From NCBI GenBank assembly GCA_963674705.1, contig OY771506.1, positions 1 through 64,000 on the forward strand: a DNA stretch of 64,000 nt, given 5' to 3'. Position 1 is the stretch's first letter. Every line of letters begins with the position of its first letter. The translations under genes were made by a program, and so were the position numbers. The DNA is from Phycisphaeraceae bacterium. Lineage in GTDB: Bacteria; Planctomycetota; Phycisphaerae; Phycisphaerales; Phycisphaeraceae. Shown one piece after another: positions 10,801 to 19,271 of this stretch. Under the pieces are notes generated by a model. The model saw nothing but the letters and a program-made list of their open reading frames with translations. It ran no database searches and was not told the origin of the DNA.

Positions 10801-11307
10801 AAGCGAAAACGTCTCGTCCACGCCCCACATGATCGACATGTGATCGAAGATCATGTTCGCACCGTTCGCCGCGCCCGACGCATCCTCACGAACGCCCGCC
10901 TCACCCTTGCGGATCGCGATGTATCGGCTGATCGTGTTATTCGCGCCGGAAAAACTCACCTTGTCACCATAAAGCGTGAAACCGCCCGGCGAGGTCTGCC
11001 CCGCAATCGTGATGTTGCTCTTGACCACGAGGTTCGACTCAAGCGTCACGATCCCGCTGACATCAAACACAACAAACCGGTTGGACTGACTCACCGCATC
11101 CCGAAATGACCCCGCCCCGCTGTCATTCAGATTCGTCACGTGATACACGCTCGCCGACGCCAGGTCCGTCCGCGCCCCCGTCGTATACGCCCCAAATCCC
11201 TCCGCCGTAGGAAACGCCAGCGTCTGGCCCCAAACCGGCGCACCAGCCAACACCCCCGCAATCAAGCCACTAACACTTATTGCAGCGATATTTACACGCT
11301 CTCGCAT
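7852..11307 (-). CDS. Pectate lyase (PL1-like) + autotransporter-associated beta-strand repeats + dockerin-like domain + PEP-CTERM
   Basis: AFPTAEGFG...VTNLNDSGAGSFRDA, TIAGQT and RNPK motifs; LTKxGxGTLxL repeats; GDLDGDGFVGLSDLD pair; C-terminus IPEP-hydrophobic-KRR. Start codon uncertain (11307 or 11325). Confidence 0.85.
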   Translation of the reverse strand: MRERVNIAAISVSGLIAGVLAGAPVWGQTLAFPTAEGFGAYTTGARTDLASASVYHVTNLNDSGAGSFRDAVSQSNRFVVFDVSGIVTLESNLVVKSNITIAGQTSPGGFTLYGDKVSFSGANNTISRYIAIRKGEAGVREDASGAANGANMIFDHMSIMWGVDETFSLNWDGKGNALDNITIQDSIIAQGLDRLGHSAGGLMTIPEGNGFSVIRSIFSDNVTRNPKVRGENEFINNVVYGWENAGYIMGDTTGMDSHANAIGNYFIEGPVDGSGPFNSGTANFHIYGEDNWVDANRNGVLDGTLVTSYPGADVVATPFAFPTTTAMSAQDALAYVLEHAGPSIIRDAVDTRVIDEILSYGTFGGVIQRETDLFPNYGSDPQYVISRARFTDGDNDGVADNWEAANGLSGSDANDWKNLDASGYTMLEVYVNELGAEGEFVSDGGGGGEWSDTAIWGGDMPTLADHAVARGSLTIGSGNAFARQLTFTSGLTMTGGTLDVFDTATMMGGTLTISNATATFGRLLLGQDDQSGSISLTAGGTLQGGTIANNGRPGSVLIDGGTIRATGEIDISVSTVLGSSGGSFDTNGHSGAFSGVISGSGTLTKTGGGTLILSGNNSYSGGTDLTGSLKLVHDNAAGSGAIAISSSGGTVQLGDGVTVGNDLVTAYIYEILDVPDDNAYATFAGDISMAGNKQIRLKTTGSNATLNLTGNVLGGSQYFIIKTGHVELSEDGTITSGPAIVGRDGSETSLTLRDDTTMTASSLSMGGGKTLTSGSITVMDNAMMSIGAANLDLLSTSTSTSTSELNLDGGTTILGGFLKGSIGAGQTSQIDFNGGTLRYGGTTANASFLPALTGLTANVQAGGAVIDDNGQVITIAQALVHDASVTTDGGLTKLGAGTLTLAGTNTYNGETTVSAGKLVVNGSLTNSDVIVQSGATLGGAGTVLSLTGEAGSFVGPGNSIDTLSVVGAVALDGTLAIELDGSGDGLADILSVGGLLDLGGGAVDFSIVAGGGAIDDVAYIFATYGSLAGTFGENVTGLPDGYYIEYAYDDGGSSNNIALVSGVTPIEGDLDGDGFVGLSDLDIVLTNWNLAVPPGDPRADVSGNGYVGLQDLDTVLQNWNAGMPPTDGAAIPEPTSAAVLMLSVLGLMKRR

Positions 11308-11526
11308 CTCTCCAAGCCTCGCCATTATGTCGCATTTGGTGGGTGCAATTAGTCAGAATAATTATACCCTCAAATCCCCCAAAAACAACGAAATTCAGGC
11401 CTTTAAACCGGATATTCCCCAATCAGAATCCCCCCAAACCAGCCCCCGAATCCGCCCCCCCAAGCCGCTCGCGGCTTAGCGCGGTCTTCCACACCCCCAA
11501 CCACCCCAATGCACACCCACCCCCGC

Positions 11527-11591
11527 GGCGAGGGCCGCTTCAGCGGCCCGGCGTCCCCCCATGTTCAATCGTCAAAGTTCAAGGTTCAATC
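11527..11591 (+). repeat. Repeat family E: 65-bp hairpin + heptamer tract
   Basis: Identical copy at 12732-12796; diverged reverse copy at 17587-17651. Confidence 0.9.
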
Positions 11592-11661
11592 ATCAATCGC
11601 TAATAAATCTTCACATCCCCCGCCAGACTGATCAGCGATTAACACTTAACGATTACAAATC

Positions 11662-12555
11662 CTAAACCCCGCCCCGCCTCATCAATCCAACCACACCAAG
11701 CAGCAACAATCCCACACTCCCCGGCTCGGGAACCACGCCCCCCGCAACCGCAGGCGTCCCCGCGTTCCAGTTGTTCAACACAACATCAAGATCCGCCAAC
11801 CCCACGAACCCATCGCCCGTCGCGTCGCCCAGCATCAAATCCCCCGCTGCCACATTCTGGTTCCAGTTCACAAGCACGATGTCAAGGTCACTTAAACCTA
11901 CAAACCCGTCACCATCCAGATCACCCGGTATCGCCGGCTCAACGACCGCCGCACCCTCAAACGTGATCGCCGTTAACGCAAAGTCGGCATACAAACTCAT
12001 CTTGTACGTGTCGAACCCTTTAAGTAGCGCCGTACTCCCCCAAGGGTTCGGCGACTCATCGTAAGAAAACGACACCCACGCATAACCCGACACATCAAAC
12101 GCAACCGGGTCGTTAAGCCCATCTTCCCCGTCAATCAAAGGCATGATCTCAACCGCCCCCCCAGCCCCGGCCGTATTCGCCAAAAGCATTATCGTGATCG
12201 AGGTCAGATCAAACACATCCCCATCCACACGCGTAATCTCGATCCTCGCCTTATGATCCGTCACCCCCGCCGGCGGCGTCGACACCGCCTGGGCATGAAT
12301 CCCATCAGGCCACGTCACCAACTCCTGCCGCCCAATGATCTGCCCCGTCCCGCCGGTAAACAACTTATCCAGCGTATACGTGAACTGATACCCGTTACTG
12401 CTGATCGTATCCGACGTCACATCAGACGAAACCAGCGTCGCCACCTGCGAACTAGAAAAAAACGCAGTCGTCGCAGCATGAACCGATTGCACCCCCAACA
12501 ACACAACCACGATCGCGATAGATAATTTAGGTCCCACCCAATATCCCTTATCCAT
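11662..12555 (-). CDS. Secreted PEP-CTERM protein with dockerin-like domain; N-terminal domain unknown
   Basis: Signal peptide; GDLDGDGFVGLSDLD/GDATGDGFVGLADLD; VPEP-TM-RRGG. Confidence 0.8.
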   Translation of the reverse strand: MDKGYWVGPKLSIAIVVVLLGVQSVHAATTAFFSSSQVATLVSSDVTSDTISSNGYQFTYTLDKLFTGGTGQIIGRQELVTWPDGIHAQAVSTPPAGVTDHKARIEITRVDGDVFDLTSITIMLLANTAGAGGAVEIMPLIDGEDGLNDPVAFDVSGYAWVSFSYDESPNPWGSTALLKGFDTYKMSLYADFALTAITFEGAAVVEPAIPGDLDGDGFVGLSDLDIVLVNWNQNVAAGDLMLGDATGDGFVGLADLDVVLNNWNAGTPAVAGGVVPEPGSVGLLLLGVVGLMRRGGV

Positions 12556-13087
12556 GTTTGAATTGCCGCCCAAACAAACCCATCCGGGTCAACACAACCC
12601 TGCCCACATAATACCCCCCCATCCTCCCCCCCGACAAGACCCACAAAAATATCCCCCACACACACTAAACCAAACACCCGCTCCCCCCACACCCCCAACC
12701 CCACCCAAGGTACTGCCCACCCCACCCCCCAGGCGAGGGCCGCTTCAGCGGCCCGGCGTCCCCCCATGTTCAATCGTCAAAGTTCAAGGTTCAATCTCAA
12801 ATCTCCAATCATTAATCTCAAACCCAAAAACCCAACCCCGCATTCAAACCAACAATTAACGATCAGCCATCAAAGCCCCTGAATCATCAACCAATACAAC
12901 CCACCACACCAATACACAATCCCCCTCTCCCCCCAGAAGAGGGCCGGGGTGAGGGCCGAATGCAACCAACGCCAACACGCAAACAAATCGTCTCACCCAC
13001 ACAACAAGCACAACCACCCTCGAATACCGAGCGCTTATCACATGACTAACTGCCTACAGTAAATCCGCGAGAGATGCGCTTCGCTGA

Positions 13088-13122
13088 GGGTGCCACACTT
13101 TGACCCGAAGGGCAAAGTGTGC
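13088..13122 (+). repeat. REP family A copy 1 (left flank of RAYT)
   Basis: GGGTGC-CACACTTTG-A-CCC-GAA-GGG-CAAAGTGTG-C. Confidence 0.9.
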
Positions 13123-13134
13123 GAGATTCACCCC

Positions 13135-13671
13135 ATGTCAACTCTCCGGCGGAAACTCAAGCGATACGAAACACCAAACCATGCCCGCTATCTCACCTTC
13201 TCATGCTACCGAAGATTGCCGCTTTTCAAAAATGACAAAATCAAACAAGTATTCGTCGACCAACTCGACCTGACCCGTCAGCGTCTTGACTTCATACTCT
13301 ACGCATGGGTCATCATGCCCGAACACGTCCACCTGCTTCTCATGCCGAACCTCGAATCCGCAACCGTCCGGCAAATCCTGCACGCATTGAAGCGCCCCGT
13401 CTCTGAAAACATCCTCGCCCGCTGGCGTCGGCTCGACGCCGGCATCCTCACCAAACTCACCGACACCCAAAACAATCCCCACTTCTGGCAACCCGGCGGC
13501 GGGTACGACCGGAACATCTTCACCACTGATGAACTGCTGGAAAAGATCCAATACATCCACACCAACCCGGTCCGCCGCGGCCTTGTCAAACACGAAACCG
13601 ATTGGCCCTGGTCAAGCGCGCGGTGGTATGATCGCAAAAAAGGTTTACCGATGGACACATTACCCCTGTAA
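13135..13671 (+). CDS. REP-associated tyrosine transposase (RAYT; HUH Y1 family)
   Basis: LTFSC, WVIMPEHVHLL (HUH), FWQPGGGYDRNI, YIHTNPV (catalytic Tyr) and WPWSS motifs; flanked directly by inverted REP hairpins. Confidence 0.9.
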   Translation: MSTLRRKLKRYETPNHARYLTFSCYRRLPLFKNDKIKQVFVDQLDLTRQRLDFILYAWVIMPEHVHLLLMPNLESATVRQILHALKRPVSENILARWRRLDAGILTKLTDTQNNPHFWQPGGGYDRNIFTTDELLEKIQYIHTNPVRRGLVKHETDWPWSSARWYDRKKGLPMDTLPL

Positions 13672-13676
13672 ACCCA

Positions 13677-13713
13677 GCACACTTTGCCGCTGCGCGGTCA
13701 AAGTGTGGCACCC
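13677..13713 (-). repeat. REP family A copy 2 (right flank of RAYT)
   Basis: Reverse complement reads GGGTGC-CACACTTTG-A-CCGC-GCA-GCGG-CAAAGTGTG-C. Confidence 0.9.
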
Positions 13714-13752
13714 AACTTGCGACAAATAGATATTTGAATGTAAGGTTGGCAC

Positions 13753-14247
13753 ATGAAATATAATTCAAAACATCGCCACGCACTGCATGTCATGTTGTAT
13801 GTGTGCACGTTGCTACTCCATATATCGCTTACGGGATGTGATCGGTCACCAGCCACACCGACCACCATGGTCAATGATTTTGGGACATACAGTTTTCCCG
13901 ATAATTCGCAGCTTGAGCTATACAAAAAGCCTCAAAGCAGCATCGTGCTATGCAAGCTTACATCTGCTTCAGGGGATCTATTATTTGAAGATGATCTGGG
14001 CGGAAACTTCTCCCGCTGGTATATCGTGCGAGGCAATGACAACTCTTTCTGGGTCTACAGCGGCGATATAGGCCTCTGGGTCTGGAAAAACGCTGAGAAC
14101 GGCTATAGCAAAACGATGATTGAGACTCTCAAGGATCCTTTGGTTTTTGATATGCCGTATGAGTACATCTATCATTTACCATCTCGAAATCAAGACGAAA
14201 TCGATGAATTCCGTAAGGCGTATCAAAACAGTCTGGATAAGCAGTGA
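13753..14247 (+). CDS. AT-rich hypothetical lipoprotein
   Basis: Basic N-terminus, hydrophobic stretch and LTGC lipobox; visibly AT-richer than neighbours; no recognised domain. Confidence 0.65.
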   Translation: MKYNSKHRHALHVMLYVCTLLLHISLTGCDRSPATPTTMVNDFGTYSFPDNSQLELYKKPQSSIVLCKLTSASGDLLFEDDLGGNFSRWYIVRGNDNSFWVYSGDIGLWVWKNAENGYSKTMIETLKDPLVFDMPYEYIYHLPSRNQDEIDEFRKAYQNSLDKQ

Positions 14248-14265
14248 TCTCACGATCCATGCTTC

Positions 14266-14435
14266 GGGTGCCACACTTTGATCGCGAAGCGACAAAGTGT
14301 GCTGCTTTGATTAAACACAACAAGTAGCAACATACCTAGTAAATAGCCCCACGCGGAAGCGTGGGGTTCAGATGACTTGATATATACGCGGTATAAGAAA
14401 ACCCTCACACTTTGCCCTGCGGGTCAAAGTGTGGC
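14266..14435. repeat. REP family A doublet (copy 3 at 14266-14302 +, copy 4 at 14406-14435 -) enclosing a CCCCACGC-GGAA-GCGTGGGG palindrome
   Basis: Two inverted family A hairpins; the copy 4 tag is degenerate. Confidence 0.85.
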
Positions 14436-14468
14436 GTTCCGAAAAGTTACCGTTGGTTTCCGTAAAAC

Positions 14469-15740
14469 CTAAATCGTCCCCGTCCGCTGCGCGCGTGTCC
14501 CGGGGCCTAGCGGGCCTCGGGCTTGTTGTTCCGGACTTGGAGCGGCGCCAGGTGACTGGGGGTTGCCGACGAGGTCGGCGTTGGTTTTGAAGCGTTCCAA
14601 AGCCTTGAGCAGTTGCTCGACCTGTTGCGGTGGGGGCATGTTCAGGAGCCGGCGGCGCAGGGCGGTCATGGTGTTCAGCTCGTGCTTGGCCATGAGTTTG
14701 TCTTCCTTGCGCGTCCCGCTGGCGGCCAGATCGATCGCGGGGAACAGGCGTTGCTCGGCGATCTTCCGATCGAGGATCAATTCCATGTTGCCCGTGCCTT
14801 TGAACTCTTCGAAGATGACCTGGTCGCCGCGGCTGCCGGTGTCGACCAGCGCGGTGGCGATGATGGTCAGCGAGCCGCCTTCTTCAAACCGACGTGCGGC
14901 GCCGAAGATCTGTTTGGGGATCGCCATCGCGCCGGCGTCCAGGCCGCCGGACAACGTGCGGCCGGTGCTCTGCATGTTCGGCGCGGTGTTGAACGCTCGG
15001 CCCAGGCGCGTCAGCGAGTCCAGCACGATCACCACATCCTTACCCATCTCCGCCCAACGCTTGCATCGCTCGATCGCGATCATCGCAAGCGCGCAGTGAC
15101 GCTCGGGTGTGTGGTCGTTGGAACTCGCCCAGACGGTGCAAGGCACGTTGCGACGGAAGTCCGTGACTTCTTCAGGCCTCTCATCGATCAACAGCGCGAT
15201 CGTAATCACGTCCGGATGATTCTTCTCGCACGCAAAGGCGATGTTCTGAAGCAGCGTGGTCTTGCCTGCTTTAGGCGGGCTGACGATCATGCCGCGCTGC
15301 CCGTAACCGATCGGGCAGAACAGGTCGATCAAGCGACAGGCCGGCGGACAGTCCGGATATTCAAGCGTCATGCGAGGCTCGGGGTCGACCGTCGTCAGGT
15401 CTTCGAACTTGCGTGCCTGCTTGAGAAACTCTTCGGGGTCCATGCCTTCAACCGACAGCACCTTGTTGACGCGCAGCGCCTGCGGATCGATCGCGTCGAC
15501 CTTCTGCTTCTTGGACTTCTGCTTCTTACGGCTCTGCGGCGGTTGGTTGTGCTGCGTGCTGCCACCCATAGGTTTACCCAGCTCGACCTCAATCAAGAGG
15601 CCGGAGCGCAGGTCGTAGCGTTCGATGTCCTTCGCGAGGACAACGGGGTCGCGTGGGTGGGAGGTGTAGGTCTGATCTAGCTGGCGTAATCTGCCGTCAG
15701 CCCGTCTGCCGATCTCGAGGATCCCGGTCGCGGTTTGCAT
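14469..15740 (-). CDS. rho: Transcription termination factor Rho (short N-terminus, atypical RNA-binding domain)
   Basis: PIGYGQRGMIVSPPKAGKT, LLIDERPEEVTD, DSLTRLGRA, FEEFKGTGNME and SGTRKE motifs. Confidence 0.93.
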   Translation of the reverse strand: MQTATGILEIGRRADGRLRQLDQTYTSHPRDPVVLAKDIERYDLRSGLLIEVELGKPMGGSTQHNQPPQSRKKQKSKKQKVDAIDPQALRVNKVLSVEGMDPEEFLKQARKFEDLTTVDPEPRMTLEYPDCPPACRLIDLFCPIGYGQRGMIVSPPKAGKTTLLQNIAFACEKNHPDVITIALLIDERPEEVTDFRRNVPCTVWASSNDHTPERHCALAMIAIERCKRWAEMGKDVVIVLDSLTRLGRAFNTAPNMQSTGRTLSGGLDAGAMAIPKQIFGAARRFEEGGSLTIIATALVDTGSRGDQVIFEEFKGTGNMELILDRKIAEQRLFPAIDLAASGTRKEDKLMAKHELNTMTALRRRLLNMPPPQQVEQLLKALERFKTNADLVGNPQSPGAAPSPEQQARGPLGPGTRAQRTGTI

Positions 15741-15844
15741 AAATAGCCACTCGTGTTGGCGTGCGTTTAACAGCAGCGCCGATGCGAAAAGTTAGACGTC
15801 AGGCCGAGTTACGGCCCCGGGGCTGCGTAGCCCTGTTGATGAAT

Positions 15845-16105
15845 CCGGTTGGAAGCGTGTAGGCCGCGGGAGCACAAGCTGCCGCATTGGCAACACGCGA
15901 AGTCAAAAAGCCTGGGAGTATCCGTATCGTTGGCTAGGCCTTCTCCTACATCCTGATACGAGATAACGCGGCGGGGCGAAGTCCGGTTGGCGAGCCAACC
16001 CTGAGTATTAACGAGTATCCGCCGAGTACCTTCCCGGGTGCCCCCCTACTTTGGCTGGTTCGTTGGCCGTCGAATCCGACCTACACGTCCAGCCCTCCAA
16101 CCCGG
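15845..16105 (-). ncRNA. Candidate structured RNA / rho 5' leader
   Basis: Terminal segments 16078-16105 and 15845-15865 are complementary; minus-strand TATAAT at 16114-16119 lies just upstream. Confidence 0.4.
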
Positions 16106-16113
16106 TTGCAAGC

Positions 16114-16119
16114 ATTATA
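16114..16119 (-). promoter_or_regulatory. Sigma70-like -10 box upstream of the rho leader
   Basis: Perfect TATAAT on the minus strand; no clear -35 box. Confidence 0.4.
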
Positions 16120-16388
16120 CGCTAGACGCTTACGACGCGTCGGCCTGCCTGTCCGGGCGATCGATCGAGGCGCCGCGGGGCATCCTGGACCGAGTGGGAG
16201 ATGCCCCTGTTTTACCCCTTTCGGCAGTTTTGGGCAAGCGGCACAGTCCAAGCCGTACAAACCGCTGGCAATTGTTCTCACAAGCCCCTACAGACCGATA
16301 ACTTACCATAAGATATGAACATGGCCCCTCACAGGCCCGCAAAAGCTTATCCCGGATCATTTGATCCGATTAGGAGCTCATTCCAGAC

Positions 16389-17456
16389 ATGTCCGACAAC
16401 CTGCTGCTTTTGATTTATTGCGTCTTGATCCTCATTGCCTCGCTGCTGGGCGGGTTTATCCCGCTGTTCGTCAGGCTGACCCATCGGCGGATGCAACTGG
16501 CGATCAGCCTGGTCGCGGGGTTCATGCTGGGGGTCGCGGTCTTGCACCTGATGCCGCACGCACTGATGACGATCTCACCGCTGCTGGGGGCCAAGTGGAT
16601 GATCGTCGGCATCCTGGCGATGTTCTTCCTCGAGCGCTTCTTTTGCTTCCATCATCATGATGCGCCGGAAGACAACCCGCCGGTCGAAAGTCAAATCGAC
16701 GAAAAGTTATCCACCACTGAACAGGCGCACAGTACCGTCGCGATTGATGCCCATGCGCACGATCACGCGCACAACCACGCGCACGATCACGACCACCATG
16801 ACCACGATGATGAACACCATGTTCACGGCCACGAGCACCGCCTGGGCTGGGGCGGCGCGGCGGTCGGTCTGACCATCCACAGCGTGATCGCGGGCGTCGC
16901 GCTGGCGGCGGCGATGAGTTCGCAGACGATGGCGGAGGTGCATGGTTCAACCTGGCTGGCGGGGATCGCGGTGTTCCTGGTGATCTTCCTGCATAAGCCG
17001 TTCGACTCGCTGACGCTTGGCACACTGATGGCCGCGGGCGGCTGGCCTGTCGCATCACGTCACCTGGTCAACGGCCTGTTCGCGCTGGCGGTGCCCGCGG
17101 GCGCTTTGCTGTTTAAACTCGGTTTGGCAAGCGTTGACTTGAACGAAAGCCACGCGGTCGGCGCAGCGGTTGCGTTCAGCGCGGGTGTGTTTCTTGTGAT
17201 TTCGCTGAGTGATCTGTTGCCTGAGTTACAGTTCCATCATCACGATCGGTTGGCGCTTTCTTTTGCGCTGGTATTGGGTATCGCGATGGCGTGGGCGGTG
17301 AGTCACTTCGAAGCAAAGACACATCATCATGAACACGGCGACATGCACGATCACGGTGCGGCGGTGCAGGTGGATGAACATGGGCATGAAGTGCATGCGG
17401 ATGAACATGGGGATGTGCATGATGAACACGATCATGAAACCCATGAGCATGAGTGA
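16389..17456 (+). CDS. ZIP-family divalent metal (Zn) transporter with His-rich loop and tail
   Basis: GFMLGVAVLHLMPHA, IHSVIAG, FLHKPFD and DLLPEL motifs; multiple TM segments. Confidence 0.85.
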   Translation: MSDNLLLLIYCVLILIASLLGGFIPLFVRLTHRRMQLAISLVAGFMLGVAVLHLMPHALMTISPLLGAKWMIVGILAMFFLERFFCFHHHDAPEDNPPVESQIDEKLSTTEQAHSTVAIDAHAHDHAHNHAHDHDHHDHDDEHHVHGHEHRLGWGGAAVGLTIHSVIAGVALAAAMSSQTMAEVHGSTWLAGIAVFLVIFLHKPFDSLTLGTLMAAGGWPVASRHLVNGLFALAVPAGALLFKLGLASVDLNESHAVGAAVAFSAGVFLVISLSDLLPELQFHHHDRLALSFALVLGIAMAWAVSHFEAKTHHHEHGDMHDHGAAVQVDEHGHEVHADEHGDVHDEHDHETHEHE

Positions 17457-17711
17457 GGGGATTGGGGATGGGGGATGGGGGATTTTTAATCGTTGATTGT
17501 TAATCGCTAATTTAAAAGGCGGGGGGCGGTATACACGTGCTGCACATTAGCGATTAACGATTAGAGATTCGCGATTGAATACTCCAGATTGAACATTGGA
17601 CATTGAAGATTGAACATGGGGATACGCCGGGCTGCTGAAGCAGCCCTCGCCGCGCCCGCGTTGTGGCGGTCGGATGACGGTTGATTGAATATCTGCCCTT
17701 CCCTGCCTACT

Positions 17712-19271
17712 ATGTGCCGCTTGGATGCGGAAACTTTACAACCTGAATCGGCCGATTCGGCTCCCGTCAACGACGAGGTGCGGACGGTGTCGTTTGTGAG
17801 TCTGGGGTGTCCGAAGAACCTGGTGGACTCGGAGAAGATGCTGGGTCAGCTTGCGGAGGACGGGCTGGTGCCTGTGCCGGACGGGGCGGATGCGGACGCG
17901 GTGGTGGTCAATACGTGCGGGTTCCTGGAAGCATCAAAAGACGAATCCATGCAGGAGATCGCGCTGGCGGCCGAGCTCAAGCGTCAGGGCAAGCTCAAAC
18001 GGCTGATCGTCGCGGGCTGCCTGGTGCAGCGGCATCGGGCGAAGATGCTCGAGTGGTGCCCGGACATCGATGCACTCATCGGCGTGTTCGACCGCGACCG
18101 GATCACGCAGGCGGTGCGTGGCGGAAAGCCTAAACAGAAAGATGTCAGCGTCGACCTGCCGATCTATTCGAGCATCGCGACCAACGCCACGCTCGCCAAG
18201 CAGGCGCGCGGGATCGAAACCAACGGTTACTACGAAGACGACGGCGGCCGACTGCGTCTGACCCCCCGCCACTACGCGTACCTTCGTATGAGTGAAGGCT
18301 GCAACCAGAACTGCACGTTCTGCACGATCCCCTCCATCCGTGGCAAGATGCGGTCCAAGCCGATGGATGCGTTCTTGAATGAAGCGCGCGAGTTATTCGC
18401 GGATGGCGCGTTCGAGTTGAACCTGATCGGTCAGGACACGACGAGTTATGGCCTCGACATCGGTTACGACAAACCGGGCGAGGGGCTTGTCGGTCTGCTT
18501 CGACAGATCAACGATCTGTCTACCGAGCACGGCGGCGCATGGGTGCGTTTGATGTATGCGTACCCGAGCAAGTTTACGGACGAGATGATCGACGCGATCG
18601 CGACACTGCCCAACATCGTGAAGTACATCGATATGCCGCTGCAGCATATTAACGATCGTGTGCTGGATCGGATGCGTCGATATACGAGCAGAAAACTGAT
18701 CGAAACGTTGTTAGGCAAGCTACGCGACCGCGTGCCGGGCATCACGCTGCGTACGACGTTTATCACGGGGTTCCCCGGCGAAACGGATGAAGAGCACAAC
18801 GAACTGGTCGAGTTCATCCGCGACTTCGGCTTCGATAATCTCGGCGTGTTCCCCTACTCCCCCGAACCTGGCACGCCCGCCGGCACACTGCACGCCGATG
18901 GCGACGCGGTGCCTAACGAGGTGATTCAAGAACGTCTTGATGAACTGATGACGGTGCAGCAGGACCTTGTGTTTAACCGCAACGCGGATCTGTCGGAAGA
19001 GCAGCCGGAAGTGAATGTGCTGATCGATGAAGTCACCGACAGTGTTGTTGAGGCGACGGAAGGCGTCACCGAAGGCGGCCGTTTATACCAGGGCCGCACC
19101 TCGGGCCAGGCCCCGCAGGTCGACGCCGTCACCTTCGTCCAATCCAACAACGACCTGACCCCCGGCGAACTGGTCCGCTGCAAGATCATCGCCTACGACG
19201 ATTACGATTTGATTGCGGCCCCGGTGGATGATTTGAATAAGCGGGTGGGGTTGCGGGTGATTGGTGGTTAG
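17712..19271 (+). CDS. rimO: Ribosomal protein S12 methylthiotransferase
   Basis: SLGCPKNLVDSE, NTCGF, radical SAM CNQNCTFC, MYAYP and TRAM-like C-terminus. Confidence 0.93.
   Translation: MCRLDAETLQPESADSAPVNDEVRTVSFVSLGCPKNLVDSEKMLGQLAEDGLVPVPDGADADAVVVNTCGFLEASKDESMQEIALAAELKRQGKLKRLIVAGCLVQRHRAKMLEWCPDIDALIGVFDRDRITQAVRGGKPKQKDVSVDLPIYSSIATNATLAKQARGIETNGYYEDDGGRLRLTPRHYAYLRMSEGCNQNCTFCTIPSIRGKMRSKPMDAFLNEARELFADGAFELNLIGQDTTSYGLDIGYDKPGEGLVGLLRQINDLSTEHGGAWVRLMYAYPSKFTDEMIDAIATLPNIVKYIDMPLQHINDRVLDRMRRYTSRKLIETLLGKLRDRVPGITLRTTFITGFPGETDEEHNELVEFIRDFGFDNLGVFPYSPEPGTPAGTLHADGDAVPNEVIQERLDELMTVQQDLVFNRNADLSEEQPEVNVLIDEVTDSVVEATEGVTEGGRLYQGRTSGQAPQVDAVTFVQSNNDLTPGELVRCKIIAYDDYDLIAAPVDDLNKRVGLRVIGG

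Noticed and set aside
11280..13041. Short Pro-rich or Gly/Val-rich ORFs (11280-11603, 12554-12859, 12417-12773, 12856-13041)
   Set aside because: They are translations of skewed, repeat-containing intergenic DNA; their shared peptide is just the 65-bp repeat.
13135..13671. IS200/IS605 element with TnpB
   Set aside because: There is no tnpB; the motifs and flanking REP pairs fit a RAYT.
14563..15680. Long antisense ORFs opposite rho (and similar ones opposite other genes)
   Set aside because: These are shadow ORFs expected in GC-rich coding DNA and carry no motifs.
16060..16100. tmRNA (minus-strand GGATTCGAC resembles the tmRNA 5' region)
   Set aside because: No acceptor stem, T-arm or CCA end was found at a suitable distance.
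16266..16280. Fur/Zur-like box upstream of the ZIP transporter (TGGCAATTGTTCTCA)
   Set aside because: The dyad symmetry is weak and cannot be distinguished from chance.
15741..16388. oriC at the skew switch
   Set aside because: I saw no DnaA-box cluster, AT-rich unwinding element or dnaA gene, so it is kept only as a skew observation.
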